Positions 59,852-64,000 of a stretch of DNA of 64,000 nucleotides are shown in pieces. Within the stretch, counting starts at the first letter, position 1; each line of letters starts with the position of its first letter. A program made the position numbers and the translations under genes. The notes under the pieces are model-generated. The model did not search any database, was not told the DNA's origin, and saw only the letters and a list, made by a program, of their open reading frames with translations. Source of the stretch: Cystobasidiomycetes sp. EMM_F5 (Eukaryota); contig JBPGPT010000012.1 in the NCBI GenBank assembly GCA_051047955.1, positions 310,001 through 374,000 of the forward strand. Direction: 5' to 3'.

Positions 59852-59977
59852 GATTGATTGGTGTCAGTCGACTCGGTTGGTCTGCGGCAGATGTTCTACA
59901 TTGCTTCGGCTTGACCGGCTACCATCGACCCTAAATCCAAAAAGCTATTGCTACAGGAAAGCACTCCGCCTTGGTAC

Positions 59978-60882
59978 TCAAACAAATTTCACACCTTCAC
60001 CATCACCAGCTTGCGACGCCTGAAAGATTTGGGCTTTCCCTTGTTTCACTAAAGTCTGTAAAGCGAGCTTTAGCAGAACAGGAGGTAGATCTGCAAAGTC
60101 TACAGGGCTTCTGTCAATCTCATGCGTTGTGAGACGGATTACGTCAGGATGTGACCCACCCTTAGAGGGAGTAGGCTCTTGGAGTTCGTACATTGTCATG
60201 ATGGAATTCGTTTGTCCGCTTTCAACGACCTTCGATGAGAAGATGAGTAAGTAATAACTTGGCAGTGATGGAGCAGGACTAACCCAGTGGTATATAATTT
60301 GACCCCACTCGCTGGGCGATCGCCAGAGTATCAGTGCTCCTGTTCCGTTCGGTAAAACAGGCACGCTTGTACTGTTGAGGCGCTGCGATGGCAGCGAAGG
60401 ATCGTAGGCGACCGTTCCTACAAGTCATGATGTCAGGAGAGTCTATTTCAGCATACCCGATGACTCACCAGCCTTGGCCATCAGGTGCATCAGTTCCAAG
60501 ATGAAATCCGAGCGTAATCGTCTAGAGATGCGCGAGTTTGCCCAAAGTTCGCTCATGTCATTACCTGAGCCAACATCTCTGGAGAGAGCACCCTCGGACA
60601 GCTCTATGCGGAAGATGCGATGATATCGGCAATACGAGAGTATCAAGGCCTGCCATTGACGAGACTGAGATTCAAACGTGATGGCTTTCGGTTGCCGGCT
60701 TGACGTAAAGCAGACTCAGTGACGAGAATGTGATTAATACGGCATACGGCGTACGTGAAGAAGGCAGGGAACGCGTGTATTGGGGGAAAGACGTAGCCTG
60801 ACGCAGAAGTGGCGGATGCCAGCGACAGGTTGTTACTCTTTGGCTGGATGGCGGTTGCTGCGCCAGTTGGAGCAAGCGACAT
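59978..60882 (-). CDS. VPS25: ESCRT-II subunit Vps25
   Basis: FPPIHAFPAFFT, ILSYCRYHRIFR, LILWRSPSEW, IMTMYEL, LVKQGKAQIF...GVKFV*. Confidence 0.9.
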
Positions 60883-61013
60883 TCAAGACTCAGACCGTTT
60901 GCATGCCAGAACTGCCAGAGTATGTAACTTTCGAGCTCGAATTGAGCGGATGTCAAGGCCCGGTTATCGAGAATCACGGCTACACGGCTGGTCAGTTTTT
61001 GACCATTCGAGTG

Positions 61014-62038
61014 ATGGAATCCGTGCAAGAACTGCTACAACATGCACTGCAATCATGGACTGTGTACACGTTCGCTGCCTTATCGGTAGCCATCATCTTC
61101 TTCGCATATCAGGAGTGGACCAAGTCGACGCCGAAGGTAGCCATCCAAGTGCCAGGGAGGCCGACAATATTATTCGTTGGACCTATGGGTAGCGGGAAGA
61201 CCTCTCTTTTCGGCAGAGTGAGTACTACTGCAGCCCAGGTTGCAGGAGACGTTTTAAAAGCTTGTTATGCCAGCTCGCATACCGGATATGTCCGCCTACT
61301 CACACATCAATGATTGCAAGCACCGCACCAATCACAGGCAACTTGCGCCTTGTAGATATTCCAGGCCACCCTAGACTTCGTTCCAACATACTATCCCAGT
61401 ATTTACCTTCTGCGAATGGCGTCGTCTTTTTCGTAGACCCCGCAATCAATGCCAACGCTTCGGGCATCCAGGCAACCGCAGAACATCTTCATATCGTCCT
61501 ATCACTTATTCGTATCTTGGAAAGCAAAATCGGCAAAAGTCTGCCTCTACTCATCCTTCTTACGAAATCTGATACCTGGACAGCAGCGCAAAAGGGACGT
61601 GCGCAAGATAGGGTACGGACCGCGCTGGAGCGAGAAATGGAAAAGCGAAAGACTGCATCGAGCGGCGTTGCTACAAACCAGGCGCGCTTGGAGTCAATCG
61701 ACGAACTGCCGTCGGGCACCACCTCTAGCGGCCTTTCAAGCCTTATCGACTTTGTATGGCGGACGACCCCAAAACCGCTTGTTGCGCCCAATCCAAGGGG
61801 CATCAATCTGCCCTCAGACGAGCAGGAGATACTACAAAGTGATGTGCTCGATTTTGAGGGACCCTTCTCATGGGAAGAGGCCTCATTGGGTGTCTCGGTA
61901 CGATGGGCGTCTGCGAGCGCAAAGGGATCCGCATCCCCAACACTTTCAGAAGCTTTGCCGGAGACTGACAAGACGGACCTGAAGCCAAATGGAGACACGG
62001 ACGGGCTGTATGAATGGATCGATACCTGTGTACGATGA
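61014..62038 (+). CDS. SRP102: Signal recognition particle receptor beta subunit (GTPase)
   Basis: N-terminal TM helix, GPMGSGKT P-loop, THTS, LVDIPGHPRLR, TKSD, LEREMEKRK. Confidence 0.9.
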
Positions 62039-62265
62039 ATTGCGACGGATGTAACGTATAACAACAGGGGAAAGCACGAACAAGCAGCACCAAATCGCGT
62101 ATGTATGCGAAATGTTTGTCTAGCCCAAAGCTGGAGTAGACCCACGTGGCAATAGTGATAGTGGTCATTTTGTGCAAGGCGTTTTGACACGAGGACGATC
62201 TGTAACATTGCGACACCATGATTTGACATCTAAAGAGCTGCCACAACTGTTCAAACACTGACAAT

Positions 62266-64000
62266 ATGCCGTTTGAGCGCTTCGAGGGCCGTTCTCGCAG
62301 TGGCCGAGCTGCATTGATGCGTCGCGTGAAGCTGCCAGCAGTTGCGATAGTCGGCTGTCTGGCCGTGTTCGCGCTGTACGAGCGCAGTTACTTTACAAGA
62401 ACCTCATCCTCGACGCCTGCTACCAATATGGGCTGGCAGAGCTTCCTGCCAGCGTACAATTCGCGGCTGTCGACAGCATCACCGTCAACGTCTTCAAGCA
62501 CAAACACGACGGGGCAAGGTGCTGGCTTTCTGGGCGATAGCGACTACGATGACTGGTGGGACGACGATTTTGACGACGACTTTGATGGCTTTGCGCCAGA
62601 GCCGACAGCCGAGATCTGGGATCCATTCATACAGAACAGCCGTCCGCTGACAGAAGTGACAGCAAAGGCATGCGTCTGGCCGCCATCAATATACGACGCG
62701 TGTATGCCCGAAAGTAGCTATCGCCAAGATGCTGAAAGAGGGCAGTGGATCAGGGTCGAGAAAGACCTGAACATGAGGGTTGGTGTTTGTAAGTCCTGCT
62801 GCCGACTCTGCTGTCCCGCATGAATGCGCTGACATTTAGAGACCGTAGACTATCTGTATCTATTGTGAGTAGTTACGAAAGGTGCACTTCGTTGCCTTCC
62901 TCTGACGCCCATGAAACAAAGCTACCGGCGATTGCCTCTGTACTCGACTGCTCCCACTCTACGCGAGTTCCGACTACTGACCAAGAGCGAAGAAAAGACT
63001 ACATCTTTGTCGGAGAAGAACGGGTGGACGAAGGTTGCACAGAACATGCGTGATGGCATTTGGCCGAGCCAGGAGGCAATGTACCTCTACTACAGGACAG
63101 CACCACGGAACCGGAGCAGTACTTCCATGACGGACGAGATCAACGAGATTGACGTGGTATGGGGATCAAGCGGGACCCTATACGGCTGGGAGCGAATGAA
63201 TCGCGATTTCGCGGAACCGAAGGAGAAGGCTGCTGCGAAGCAAACGGACGAAGGCGCCGAGCTGATGTGGAGGAAAGGATCACCCAAAGTTCCGCAGGCA
63301 ATACTCCCGCTTTCCTTCAGTACACAAGGCAATTACAAGATTATGCAGATTGCCGACTTGCATTTCTCAGTATCGAAAGGCAAATGCCTAGACTCGGATT
63401 GGCCTGGTTGTAAAGACCCTTCCGGCTCGGACAGCGTAACGCTGCAATGGCTAGGTCAGGTTTTAGACGCTGAGAAGCCTGATCTAGTCATTTTGAGCGG
63501 GGATCAGTAAGCAATCTGAGAGTGTCTGCAGTCCTCTGTGTTTTAAACTGACTACCTAATGCGCTGACAGGCTCAATGGCCAAGATACATCATACAGCTC
63601 GGAATCTGTGATATTGAAGGTTGCTAAACTCTTCGAGCAGCGATCTGTACCATGGGCTGCCGTTCTCGGCAATCACGACGACGAGAAGACCACTCTCACT
63701 AGGTACGGTCAGATAGTCATGATGCAAGCTCTGCCATACTTCGTCGGGGAACCCGGTCCAATACAAGTCGATGGCGAAGGCAACTATGTCATCAAATTGT
63801 ATAGCGCAGACGAAAGCCGGACTGTCTTGTTTACCTTGTACTTCTTGGACTCGCATGCGTACAAGAGTTCACTCAACCCTTGGAATACGGAGTATGATTC
63901 TCTGAAAGAATCGCAAATCAAGTGGTTCAAGAATGAGAGTAGCAGGGTGAAGCCGATACAGCGACCGTACAAACCGCCGAAACTCCATAATGACACATTT
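62266..64000 (+). CDS. Calcineurin-like metallophosphoesterase (Dcr2/Sia1-like), type II membrane anchor, 3'-partial
   Basis: YKIMQIADLHFS, EKPDLVILSGDQ|LNG, WAAVLGNHDDE, GEGNYV, LYFLDSHAY. Confidence 0.88.

Noticed and set aside
61489..62229. 246-aa minus-strand ORF (and similar ones at 47119-47808, 5460-6179, 31547-32233)
   Set aside because: Antisense or off-frame shadows of well-supported genes, with no independent motifs.

Overview
Eukaryotic (fungal, basidiomycete-type, probably a compact-genome yeast; inferred from gene style) nuclear DNA. It is very gene dense, with many short (~45-65 nt) spliceosomal introns, so the ORF track is fragmented. About 25 mostly housekeeping genes can be supported: CK1 tail, SH3 protein, RSM24, LEU4, DNA ligase IV, FRG1, CorA/MNR2, CCC2, MFSD5, HRP1/Musashi-like, SCI1-like, Sac-domain phosphatase, GPI13, ATX1, VPS54, glyoxylate reductase, GFA, RSL1D1, FYV7-like, CTLH-CRA protein, PRP9, ErdS, an HSL-family hydrolase, an FMN hydroxy-acid oxidase, VPS25, SRP102 and a DCR2-like phosphoesterase. 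The stand-out is a 5,282-bp cassette (32276-37557) between GPI13 and ATX1. It is bounded by 79-bp inverted repeats (77/79 identical) with no obvious target-site duplication. It carries two divergent, intron-containing orphan genes and no recognisable DDE transposase. The larger gene has a CxxC/CxxH motif and two HNH-like (beta-beta-alpha-metal) motifs. Also notable are an ErdS (AspRS-DUF2156) gene next to a candidate ErdH hydrolase, a long GC-AG intron with autoregulatory hallmarks in the HRP1-like gene, and a possible box C/D snoRNA. Exon boundaries were read by eye and are approximate.
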